A program made the translations under genes and the position numbers. Source: Eledone cirrhosa (taxonomy: Eukaryota). From it: 64,000 nt of DNA. Within the stretch, counting starts at the first letter, position 1. Each line of letters begins with the position of its first letter. Shown one piece after another: positions 1 to 13,729 of this stretch. The stretch is from NCBI GenBank assembly GCA_964016885.1, contig OZ024741.1, positions 267,964,001 through 268,028,000 on the forward strand, in the 5' to 3' direction. A model generated the notes under the pieces. That model saw only the letters and a list, made by a program, of their open reading frames with translations. It did not search any database and was not told the DNA's origin.

Positions 1-167
1 ATACTAAGAGTGAGAAATGAAATTTCGTTTTCATTTTGTTTCAATTTATCGTTTTCGGTATGCCTTACCGATTTAACTCACTCAATATGCAAATTAGGCT
101 GCTCAGCCGTTAATTTTCATAAGGAAAGTATATACTTTCGAACGTTCAACTATCTGGCAGATGGGTA

Positions 168-212
168 AACGGTGCTGATGATAGCTAACAAGCTTGAAAC
201 TAGTACATCGTT
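168..212 (+). ncRNA. Minimal type I hammerhead ribozyme, copy 1
   Basis: AACGGTG-CTGATGA-T-AGCT-AACA-AGCT-T-GAAAC-TA-GTA-CATCGTT. Stem I is 7 bp with one G.U, stem II is AGCT/AGCT, stem III is the palindrome ACTAGT. GUA triplet, predicted cut after 205. Confidence 0.85.
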
Positions 213-370
213 CCTGTGTCAGTGTTGAACAAAAAGGTGACGTGGTTGCCTTAACACCGTATGGCATAAATTCAGGCTGTTCAGTTTGTTTACAAACGAA
301 CAAAGCGACGTTATAATAAGCGCCGCTAAACTGATACGTGCATATATGTATGTGTACCTGTATGCATATG

Positions 371-401
<31 letters not shown>

Positions 402-641
402 GTGGATGCTACTGTACGTCTGTATACATATATGTATGTACGTATACATGCATACTTACATTTAAGTAAGTGCCATACTAAGAGTGAGAAATGAAATTTC
501 GTTTTCATTTTGTTTCAATTTATCGTTTTCGGTATGCCTTACCGATTTAACTCACTCAATATGCAAATTAGGCTGCTCAGCCGTTAATTTTCATAAGGAA
601 AGTATATACTTTCGAACGTTCAACTATCTGGCAGATGGGTA

Positions 642-686
642 AACGGTGCTGATGATAGCTAACAAGCTTGAAACTAGTACATCGTT
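642..686 (+). ncRNA. Minimal type I hammerhead ribozyme, copy 2
   Basis: Identical to 168-212 at +474; predicted cut after 679. Confidence 0.85.
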
Positions 687-844
687 CCTGTGTCAGTGTT
701 GAACAAAAAGGTGACGTGGTTGCCTTAACACCGTATGGCATAAATTCAGGCTGTTCAGTTTGTTTACAAACGAACAAAGCGACGTTATAATAAGCGCCGC
801 TAAACTGATACGTGCATATATGTATGTGTACCTGTATGCATATG

Positions 845-875
<31 letters not shown>

Positions 876-994
876 GTGGATGCTACTGTACGTCTGTATA
901 CATATATGTATGTACGTATACATGCATACTTACATTTAAGTAAGTGCCATACTAAGAGTGAGAAATGAAATTTCGTTTTCATTTTGTTTCAATT

Positions 995-1038
995 TATATA
1001 TATATATATATATATATTGTATATATATATATATATAT

Positions 1039-1080
<42 letters not shown>

Positions 1081-1098
1081 ATATATATATATATATAT

Positions 1099-1144
<46 letters not shown>

Positions 1145-1187
1145 ATATATATATATATATATACAATATATATATATATATATATAT

Positions 1188-1237
<50 letters not shown>

Positions 1238-1426
1238 ATATATATATATATATATACAATATATATATATATATATATACAATATATATATATATATATA
1301 TATACAATATATATATATATATATACAATATATATATATATATATACAATATATATATATATATATACAATATATATATATATATTTACAATATATATAT
1401 ATATATACAATATATATATATATATT
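995..1426. repeat. Interrupted (TA)n microsatellite with TACAA/TTGTA spacers
   Basis: Direct reading. Confidence 0.95.
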
Positions 1427-1648
1427 GTGAAGGCGTGTGGCCGAGTGGTTAGAGAATTGGATTCCTAATCGTGAGATTGTGACTTCGATTCCTGGACCGG
1501 GCGATGCATTATGTCCTTGAGCAAGACACTTTATTTCACGTTGCTCCTTCTACCTGGAGTTGCGACCGATAGAGAGTACTAGCAATTAGAAAGACCAACG
1601 GAAACATTGTTTCCTCGGTCCGATTTGACGAAAGTCGATCGACTGTCG
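1427..1648 (+). mobile_element. tRNA-derived SINE with an atypical structured tail
   Basis: A-box TGGCCGAGTGG, B-box-like ACTTCGATTCC, then GTCCTTGAGCAAGACACTTTATTTCACGTTGCTCC, a body shared with other SINEs in the window. Confidence 0.75.
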
Positions 1649-1697
<49 letters not shown>

Positions 1698-2348
1698 ATA
1701 TATATATATATATATACAATACATATATATATATCTGTTTCGTTCTTTGTATCTTTACCCTTTCTAGCAGTCTCTCTCTCTGTTAGCCTCTTCCTCAACT
1801 TTCACTCACTCATAGCCTGTCACTACCTCTCCTCCTCTTCTCTTTCTTCCCGCTTGACCTGTCCGATTCCTTTTCTCGCGCACTCTTGGCCAAGCCGGTA
1901 TGAAATTTTTTTTCTCTCTCTCTCTCTCGTCTGCGACTTCACAGAACTTATGTTTACCGAATTCGCAGACCAGACCCCTTGTTCTTCGCCCCCCCCCCCC
2001 CTCCCCCCCGTTAGACCTGTGCGAAATTCCTTCCTTGCTCACATTTCAACCAGGTCTGATGGTCTTTATTCTCTAGTTACTCGATTTTATCGAGTTTATA
2101 TTCATAGAAATCTGGGACTTGTCTCTTTCTTCTCACTTTCTGTTGCTTAAACCATTTTGTTTGTTCACCCTAACGTTCTCTTTATTTACGTGTCCCAACG
2201 ACTTTTTTTAGCCGTTGTTCGCACCAACCTGAGGTATATGGTCCTTAAAGCGATAAAATGCCTAGGACGGTTGGAGGGTCACTGATGAAGGACTCACTTT
2301 TTTATATGTAACCCATTTGCAACGCCGCAGCTCCATTATTATCATATT

Positions 2349-3652
<1,304 letters not shown>

Positions 3653-4075
3653 GGTGATAAAAGCCGACCTTACCCAACTACACCTCTCAAAGTCAATGAC
3701 ACACGACCGTGACTTCTGGCGTCACGCAGTAATACAGGGTACCCGACCTCCCATGGGTACATGCTGAAGCATATAAACAATATGCCCCCCCCCCCCCCAC
3801 CGCAAGGTGGTCGTGGAGGTGCCACGGCAAAAAAGCACCCAGCCCACACTGTAAAGTGGACGTGTAGGCGCCACGAAAAAGCACCCAGCACTCACTGTAA
3901 ATGAGGTTGGTGTTAGGAAGGGCATCCAGCTGTAGAAATCAAGCCAGATCAGTTCCTGTATGAGCAAGGCATGGTCAGCCGACCAGACACTGCCCACAAC
4001 AGGACAACCCGTCTAACCCATGCTAGCGTGGAAGAACGGACGTAAAACGGTGATGATGATGATGATGATGATGAT
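3653..4075 (+). mobile_element. 3' end of an RTE-clade LINE (family A) with long 3' UTR and (GAT)n tail
   Basis: Translates [30 protein letters not shown], like the RTE C-terminus at 31459-31560; ends ...GGACGTAAAACGGTGATGATGATG. Confidence 0.8.
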
Positions 4076-5930
<1,855 letters not shown>

Positions 5931-6505
5931 TGTTGAAAAGGTAACACACCAGAGAGAGATATACAGTGCGTTATCAATAAAACAGGGAAAAAAACTACCA
6001 GTGGAATCTATAACCTATGAAAGGCAGACTGTAGACACGATAATTAAAAATATAAATTAAAGCGTAAATAAATACCTCTATAATTATATAACACACGTAC
6101 AAATCCAAAGATATGTTTCACCAATAATTATTTGAAAGAAATGGGTTAGCCTCGGTTCATCAGCGCGTGTAAGGCTATACATTTCAGACAACACTAAGAG
6201 AATTTTACAATTGACTGTCCAGCTACATGTGGGAGAGAGAAGTCACAGCGTGTTTAAGGGCAGTGAACCAGTGGCCTCTGAGGGACAAACTGCTAGAAAC
6301 GGCAGCCTAAAGCCACTCAGAGAAGTGTGCTCAACCAAACAGAGATAGGAAAGACTGTTATTAGGAGCGAAATATCACGATAAATTAACGGAGGCATAGG
6401 CCTATGCACCAAAGTACTCAATACTTAGGGTAGTAGAGTGGGAAATAGGAAAAAGTATGACGCCGACGGCTTGCGCTCTGCCGTCGGGGTCACACTTTTT
6501 CCTAT

Positions 6506-6604
6506 ATATATATGTATGTATATATATATATGTATGTATATATGTATGTATGTATATATATATGTATGTATATATATATGTATGTATATATATATATATG
6601 TATG

Positions 6605-6641
<37 letters not shown>

Positions 6642-6786
6642 GTATATATATATATGTGTGTATATATATATATGTGTGTATATATATATATGTGTGTATA
6701 TATATATATGTGTGTATATATATGTATGTATGTATATATATATATATGTGTGTATATATATGTATGTATGTATATATATATATATG

Positions 6787-6817
<31 letters not shown>

Positions 6818-6848
6818 ATGTATATATATATATATATGTATATATATG

Positions 6849-6893
<45 letters not shown>

Positions 6894-6954
6894 GTATATA
6901 TATATGTATGTATATATATATATATATGTATATATATATGTATGTATATATATG
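6506..6954. repeat. (TA)n/(TATG)n compound microsatellite on the 3' flank of the R4-like element
   Basis: Direct reading. Confidence 0.95.
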
Positions 6955-9044
6955 TTTTCTCTTTCTCTTAATTTCGAGTATATTTTTTTGACCGGCCACC
7001 TTCCTGGTGGCAAGGTTGTAAAAGAAAAGAAATTGTCATCCCTTGAATCGCAAGAATGTTTTGCATATTTTGAAGGTGCCAGCTATCGCAGCCATTTGTA
7101 GACTATGAATTAGGGAGCTGCGCTTTTTGTCCGCAAATCCAAGTTCGGTCATACTTTGGTCCAAGCGGGTTGGTATATAACCCGTAGCACCAATAATGAT
7201 GGGTATGAAGCTAAAGGTGTATCTTGGATACTGGATTTGTAAGCTCCTCATCAATGGTCCGTAGATGTCCTCCTTCTCCTGTATTTTTCTGACAACGTTT
7301 ACATCAAGTGGGCAGCTGATCTCCACAACAGAACACGTTTTCAATGTGTGGTCCCAAACTACAATATCAGGCCGGTTGTGCTTTAATTTGGTGGCAGTTT
7401 TTATTTTCAGGTTCCACCAGTATTCCTTAGTGCCATCTGTCTCAATATATTCTTCCTCGTTTGTTGTTAATTTTGTTTTCCGAAGTGCGTTCCAGATAGT
7501 TCTAGCTATCCCATCGTGTCTCATGGGGAGGTAGTAGCGAGATGACATTCTTTCGCAGCTGGCAACAATGTGGCTTACATCCTCGATCTTTGTTTTACAT
7601 AGCCTACATTTATTGTCAGCTGCTGGCCCTCCTCTTTTGTGCAGCAGATATTTGGTAGGGAGTTCTTGTTCCTGTATTGCATAGAGATATCCCTCAAGGT
7701 GTGATGTCATAAACTTGTCGGAACTCCATGCCAGGCTTTTTGAGTGGTTTATCCCCTCTATGGTCTGTGTTTTACGCCTCAAGTATCCATGCACAACTTT
7801 CTCTGTAAATTGGTCAATTTTTTTTTCTTGTTTGAACATTGAATAGGATCTTCCGATTTCTCTGGGTGAGAGATTTATATCAGGCTTTATTCCATATCTC
7901 TCCTCCAGATCAGTCGCTATTCTAATGATATTTCTTTTTTCATGCTCATAAACCTGAGCAAGATGGTCGCCAACCTTTTTCCTCTGTTGAAGGTGTTGCT
8001 TCAGTGTTACTATCCGGGTCTCATATGTTGTTAATATTGATTTTAGACCCCGGCCACCTTCCTTGCGTGAGAAGTATAGCCTATCCACATCACCATTGAT
8101 GTTAAAGTTCCCAGTAACACTGAGAAGTTTACGAGTTCTAACATCCATCTCACTTAGTTCTTGCAATGACCAGTTCAGTAGGCCAAATGTTGGCGTTAGA
8201 ATTGGCACAGCATAGGTATTGTGGGCAATGTATTTGTTGTATGCTGACAGTTCTGATGACCATATTTTTTTTACTCTTCTGAGGTATTCAGTTCTGGTTC
8301 TCTCCTTATTTATGGGTCCATCATATCTGACATTCTCATCCTGTCCAAGATATCTGTAGTTGTCACCTGACTGCAGAGGTTGTATTGTCAGGCCGTTCAT
8401 ATCTAGATTTCTAGAGGAGGGCACAGCTCTTCCACGTTTTACTGCCAAATATGCACACTTGGACTCACCAAATTTCATTTTGATGTCGGTTGAAAATTGT
8501 GTAATGAGGTCCAATTGTTTCTTGATGTCATTGATATTTGGCCCATACAACTTCAGGTCATCAACAAAGAAAAGATGGGAGATACTTCTGGGCCCACTTC
8601 TTTGTCCACCTTGTTTCCTGAGTAGGTAAGATAGTGGATTCAGTGAGAGAACGAAGAGTAGTACTGACAAGCTATCACCCTGAAAGATGCCCTTCTGGTA
8701 ATGTATCCTATCAGTCTTAACCTGCTCCTTCTCACCTCTAAGGATCAAATTGGTGTACCAGTTCTTGGTCAGGCGTTCAACAGCAGCTACTAATGGTTGT
8801 GGGACTTTAGCTAACTGTAAAGCCTTAATAATCCACCCATGAGGTACACTATCAAATGCTTTTTGATAGTCCAGCCACACGACAGTCATGTTTCTGCGAT
8901 TCTTTGTTGTTTTTTCCTGAATCATTTTGTTAGTTAGTAGGTGATCTATGCAACCCCACACCTCCCTCTTTCCACCAGCTTGCTCAGGTGTTATGATGTT
9001 GTTGGTAGCACAGTGATCCTGTAAGAACAGGTTAAGGCACCCAG
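6955..9044 (-). mobile_element. 5'-truncated R4/Dong-like (RLE-type) non-LTR retrotransposon
   Basis: Open RT-CCHC-RLE frame plus an ~80-nt 3' UTR with hairpin GCCACC-AGGAA-GGTGGC; both ends abut TA/TATG repeats. Confidence 0.88.
7036..9044 (-). CDS. Reverse transcriptase + CCHC zinc knuckle + restriction-like endonuclease (N-terminally truncated; the ORF-track extension to 9561 is microsatellite read-through)
   Basis: [79 protein letters not shown]...VVEISCP...EKEDIY; no stops over ~670 codons. Confidence 0.92.
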
Positions 9045-9104
9045 TATATATGTATGTATATATATATATATGTATGTATATATATATGTATGTATATATA
9101 TATG

Positions 9105-9158
<54 letters not shown>

Positions 9159-9316
9159 TATATGTATGTATGTATATATGTATGTATATATGTATGTATA
9201 TATGTATGTATGTATGTATATATATATGTATGTATGTATGTATGTATATATATATATATGTATGTATATATATATGTATATATATATGTATGTATATATG
9301 TATGTATGTATGTATG

Positions 9317-9366
<50 letters not shown>
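9045..9366. repeat. (TATG)/(TA) microsatellite on the 5' flank of the R4-like element
   Basis: Direct reading. Confidence 0.95.
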
Positions 9367-9698
9367 ATACAGAGTACCCGTTCTCCCATGGGTACAAGCT
9401 GAAGCATATAGACAATATGCCCCCACACCCTCCCATTGCAAGGTGGTCGTGGAGATGCCACGGCAAAAAAGCACCCAGCCCACACTGTAAAGTGGACGTG
9501 TAGGCGCCACGAAAAAGCACCCAGCACTCACTGTAAATGAGGTTGGTGTTAGGAAGGGCATCCAGCTGTAGAAATCAAGCCAGAATCAGTTCCTGTATGA
9601 GCAAGGCATGGTCAGCCGACCAGACACTGCCCATAACAGGACAACCCGTCTAACCCATGCTAGCGTGGAAGAACGGACGTAAAACGGTGATGATGATG

Positions 9699-9700
<2 letters not shown>
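9367..9700 (+). mobile_element. RTE family A 3' end, close copy of 3732-4075
   Basis: Near-identical sequence; (GAT)n tail. Confidence 0.85.
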
Positions 9701-9757
<57 letters not shown>

Positions 9758-9856
9758 TGTGTAAAAGGTAAACAGAAATAACAAAAATAACAGAACAAAT
9801 GGCATCCTTTACGTGGAAGAAATATATTAGTTTAACACTTGAATAGCAGCAAGGTA

Positions 9857-9894
9857 CTCTTAACGTTTTGGACACTAGTGCTTCATCAGAAGAT
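9857..9894 (-). ncRNA. Degenerate minimal hammerhead in a Penelope-like pLTR remnant
   Basis: Minus strand TCTT-CTGATGA-AGCACTAGTGTCC-AAAACGTT-AAGA; stem I TCTT/AAGA, palindrome AACGTT, G12 replaced by A. Confidence 0.55.
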
Positions 9895-10601
9895 AGAGTT
9901 AGAAATAGAAGATAAATAGAAAATAAAGAGTAATGAGAGGAAGGAATGGGGGTATACGAAAAAAATTGTGGGGAAAAAAGCACACGTGTGTATTCAGTCG
10001 GCCATCTTATATATATATATATATAATTTGTGTATGTATGTGTAACTATGGATACTTTCCCAACTTAATGTATGTAGAATTAAGTTCCCATAACACTTTA
10101 AAATTTACTGCCATAATTTTTTTTTTTTAAATACATTAGGATATTTTACTTTAATTGCAATTGTCGCTGTTAAAATAATACCAATAAACATGCAGGCAAG
10201 AAATATTCATGTTGACTTGTCAAAGTACATACTTATGAATTTCTATTTATAAACCACCTATGTCTTTTTACTGATGCAGTGAATTAAATTTTTGATATTT
10301 CTAATTTAATTTACTTCTCTGCTATACATTTCAGCTATCTTCCTTCACCGACCTCACTAACGGAAGCCTCTAATGTTGCATTCACCTGCTGAAAGCTTTA
10401 TCATAACAGTTCAACCCATAGGCATATAGTAGTTTAATGATAGATAGATAGATGTATAGTAGCATATTGCTGTGCAAATTATCCCTTACAATTTTTGTTT
10501 AATTCCTATAATTAAATTTGCACTATATCATTTTCTAGATATCTGCATTAAAAAAAAAATTAATTTTTTTTAAATGTAAAATTCATTTGCTGAATTACCC
10601 T

Positions 10602-10603
<2 letters not shown>

Positions 10604-10675
<72 letters not shown>

Positions 10676-10779
10676 CTCTTTCTCTCTCTCTTTCTCTCCT
10701 CTCTCTTTCTCTCTCTCTTTCTCTCCTCTCTCTTTCTCTCTCTCTTTCTCTCCTCTCTCTTTCTCTCTCTCTTTCTCTC

Positions 10780-10824
<45 letters not shown>
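10604..10824. repeat. (CT)n polypyrimidine tract with higher-order units
   Basis: Direct reading. Confidence 0.95.
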
Positions 10825-10828
<4 letters not shown>

Positions 10829-11579
10829 ATTTATTACATTATTTCATTAATTTTTTAAGTTACCTGGATAGTATCATTATTTTATTAATATTATTATTAT
10901 TAATGAAGTAAATGACGTCTATGAATATTGAGAAAATAGCAAAGAAATATAAAATGATATAACATTTGTTACACATTTAAAAACATTTCTATTGAACTAT
11001 AAAGACTGCAATGCTTTCTTTTTGCTCTTTTACTGCACTCAGTTCTTCTGTACAATAGAAATCTTTGAACTTAGAAAAGAGTCTTTTTTTTTAAGTGATA
11101 GCTTAATATTTATTATTGATAATGTTTATGTTAGTGTGAAAGTACTATAATATTAATAGAATTGATGGTTATTGTTCAGCTATTGATAAACTTGTTCATT
11201 CAAACATATAATTCTAGGGAGAGAAAAAAAAGGTTTGAAATCTTTTTTTCCTTTTGCTTTTGATATATTAAAAGGCTTTCTTTGTTGTATAGCTAGGCCA
11301 TGATGGGATTTGAACTCAGAATTCAAAGTGATGAAAACAAATGCCATAATGCATCCTATCCAAGTTCTAATGACTCTACCAGTATCTTTAGCTCTTCACA
11401 AGCAGTCTTGTTTTGGTTTTCAGTCTTTTGTGATTGCAACTATACCTGTGTGCAATCACCATTAAACAATTAGTTGGACTTAGCATTTGAAGGGTCTATG
11501 ATGAATTTAACTTCTATTTGTCATATTAGTTTGGACCTTGAGTAATTGGCCAGAAAGAATTTAAGAAGATGCCTTTACA

Positions 11580-11845
11580 ACAAAAGGGACTCAGTCCACA
11601 TTGTAGAGTGGTCGTGTAGGTGTCATGACAAAAATCAATCAGTCCACACTGTAAAGTGGTCATGTAGGCGTCACAGCAAAAAACACCCAGCACACACTGT
11701 AAACGTGGTTGGTGTTAGGAAAGGCATCCAGCTATAGAAACCAAGCCCAAATCAGTTCTGTGTGAGCGAATCATGGTCCCCCAACCTGTTCTCTCACAAA
11801 GGGACAGCCCGTCTTACCCATGCTAGCATGGAAGATGCACATTTT
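11580..11845 (+). mobile_element. Diverged RTE/SINE 3' tail fragment
   Basis: GTTGGTGTTAGGAAAGGCATCCAGCT...CCCATGCTAGCATGGAAG shared with 3900-4050. Confidence 0.7.
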
Positions 11846-12364
11846 AAACAATGGTAAAGACGCTCATAAGGGTGAAGGCGGACATGATAGTAGTGTTAGT
11901 GTTGTTACTATTTAGCCCCAGGTCAGCCTGATTAAGTTGACTGCTGACCATGAACTACATTTTCAAATATGTCCATTTTCATTCTTTTTTTTTTTTTTTA
12001 AGATGGGAAATTTGGCTGCTATTTCTAAAAGGTTGAGCAACCATGTAGAGCCTTGTTGGCTCATATCAGTTTTTATTGTTTTTTTTTCTTTGTAGCTCCA
12101 AATAATTCTTAATCTAGTTAGTCTGATTAAAGGGATTCCATTCATGACCAGCCAGTCATTACATTATCTAATATGTCCTTTCCTTTTTTAAGAGGGTAGC
12201 ATATGCTTGATTTGAAGGATATTTAGCTGCTGTTTTTAGCAGGTCCCTTATTGGTTTGTTGCTTTAGTGTTGGGTGGAGTGGTGACAGTGGTAATAATGG
12301 TGGAGGATAGAGTAACATAGTAATGAAGTTGCTTATAATGTTTGAGGGTTGTGGTAAATCTCTA

Positions 12365-12685
12365 ATCTAGGATGCTACATGCTGTGACATGTTCTTCACT
12401 TCCAACCTTGTTGCTTTGGCCACAAATCCAGGCACTTCCACCTGTAACACAGAGGAGTGGAAAATATCCAAATACCAGGACTTGACTGACCGCTGCCTCT
12501 GTGTGCCACTCACTGTTGAAACCTCAGGTCTTTGGTCCCCAAACTGCCGTTTTCCTCTACAAAGGACTTACAAGGACTGCATCCCACCTGAGGTAGATCC
12601 ATGAGATGGAATGGTTGATGCAACAAATGTCAGTCTGCCCTCTGTGGCCATATTTTTTCCATCTTGTCCATGAGGCATAGCTGAA
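12365..12685 (+). pseudogene. CRE-clade non-LTR RLE domain remnant
   Basis: DATCCDMFFTSNL...EEWKISKYQDL...VPLTVETSGLWSP, homologous to 18910-19100. Confidence 0.7.
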
Positions 12686-12874
12686 ATATACCACCTAGAC
12701 AAGGATGTAGTCCTCCCTGCTCATCCCTCCCCATTTGTTTTTCACCATTTAATTTTTTTCTTTTGTTTTTCCTGTTTCTTATGCATTTCAGAAACAGTAG
12801 GAGGCATTGTAATTTTTTGTTAAACCTAAATCAATAACCAGATTGAAATGTTGCACATCACAGTTGTTTTGTGA

Positions 12875-13190
12875 GAGATATGTGGCTCAGTGGCTACTGT
12901 GTTTGACTCACAATTGTGAGATAATGAGTTTGATTTACATCGGGATGTTGTGTCCTTGAGCAACAGACTTTATTTAATGTTCTTTTCCTCCAGTTCACTC
13001 AGCCGACAAAAATGAGTTGCATCTGCAATTCAAAGGTGCAGCCTTGTCGCACTGTGTCTTGCTGAATCTCCCTTAGAACTATGTTAAAGGCATGCACACG
13101 TCTGTCGAAAGCTCAATCGCTTAGCCACTTGCATGTTTATTTCACAAGCAGACTATTCCAATGTTTGAACAGCTGGAGCACTTGTCAAAA
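12875..13190 (+). mobile_element. Diverged tRNA-derived SINE
   Basis: TGGCTCAGTGG A-box; GTGTCCTTGAGCAA...CTTTATTT...CCAGTTCACTCAGC body. Confidence 0.65.
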
Positions 13191-13729
13191 CCAACAGAGG
13201 TCATGCACATACACTCTCACACACACTTGTCAATGTTCAAGTACTCATTGTACTCATACAACATGCTCTATAGAAATATCAGGGCTGGTTCACTCAAATG
13301 TGGCAATATAGCATATTCAATATCCAGTTTGAACGTCTGTATCATAGATGTAGATTTGGTCAAAGGATGCTATTTGATCAGAAGGAGGCAACAATCTTGT
13401 TGACAGAAGGTGAAACAAATCATATTGAGTAATATAGCCAGTAACAGTTTTATTTACCTTAAAGGGTTGTCTTGAAAAATACAGTACTAACCCTTGTGAG
13501 TGCAATCCAACGGAATTGACATAAGAATAAAATGTCTTACTAATTACTACTAAATTCATCCACTTCTTTGTGGTGACATAAGACCTTTTCATCTCACTTG
13601 ATCCATAATTAACTGCCTTATCACCAGATAGTTCTGTATCTTCCTCAGTGTCTCTCTTTAATATCTTGAGAGGTATTTCCAGGTTTGCGTTTGACCTTAG
13701 TGGGCTCATAAAATGTCTTATATATATAT

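Larger units (their letters stand above)
1..996 (+). repeat. 474-bp tandem repeat (2 full units plus the start of a third; may extend left of the window), one hammerhead per unit: putative non-LTR retrozyme or tandem Penelope pLTR
   Basis: ATACTAAGAGTGAGAAATG recurs at 1, 475 and 949. Units look identical, including internal (TA) tract lengths, and the ORF track repeats at a 474-bp offset. The third unit runs into (TA)n at ~996. Confidence 0.92.

Noticed and set aside
103-982. Duplicated 60-76 aa minus-strand ORFs in the 474-bp repeat
   Set aside because: No recognisable motifs, partly microsatellite-derived, and duplicated only because the DNA unit is duplicated
1427-1500. tRNA genes at SINE heads (also 28320, ~40800, ~45900, ~51300)
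   Set aside because: A/B boxes are present, but there is no proper acceptor stem and they continue into SINE bodies
2270-2310. CTGATGAAGG at the end of a repeat-like segment (1735-2295)
   Set aside because: No downstream GAAA, stem III or NUH; at most the truncated 5' half of a hammerhead
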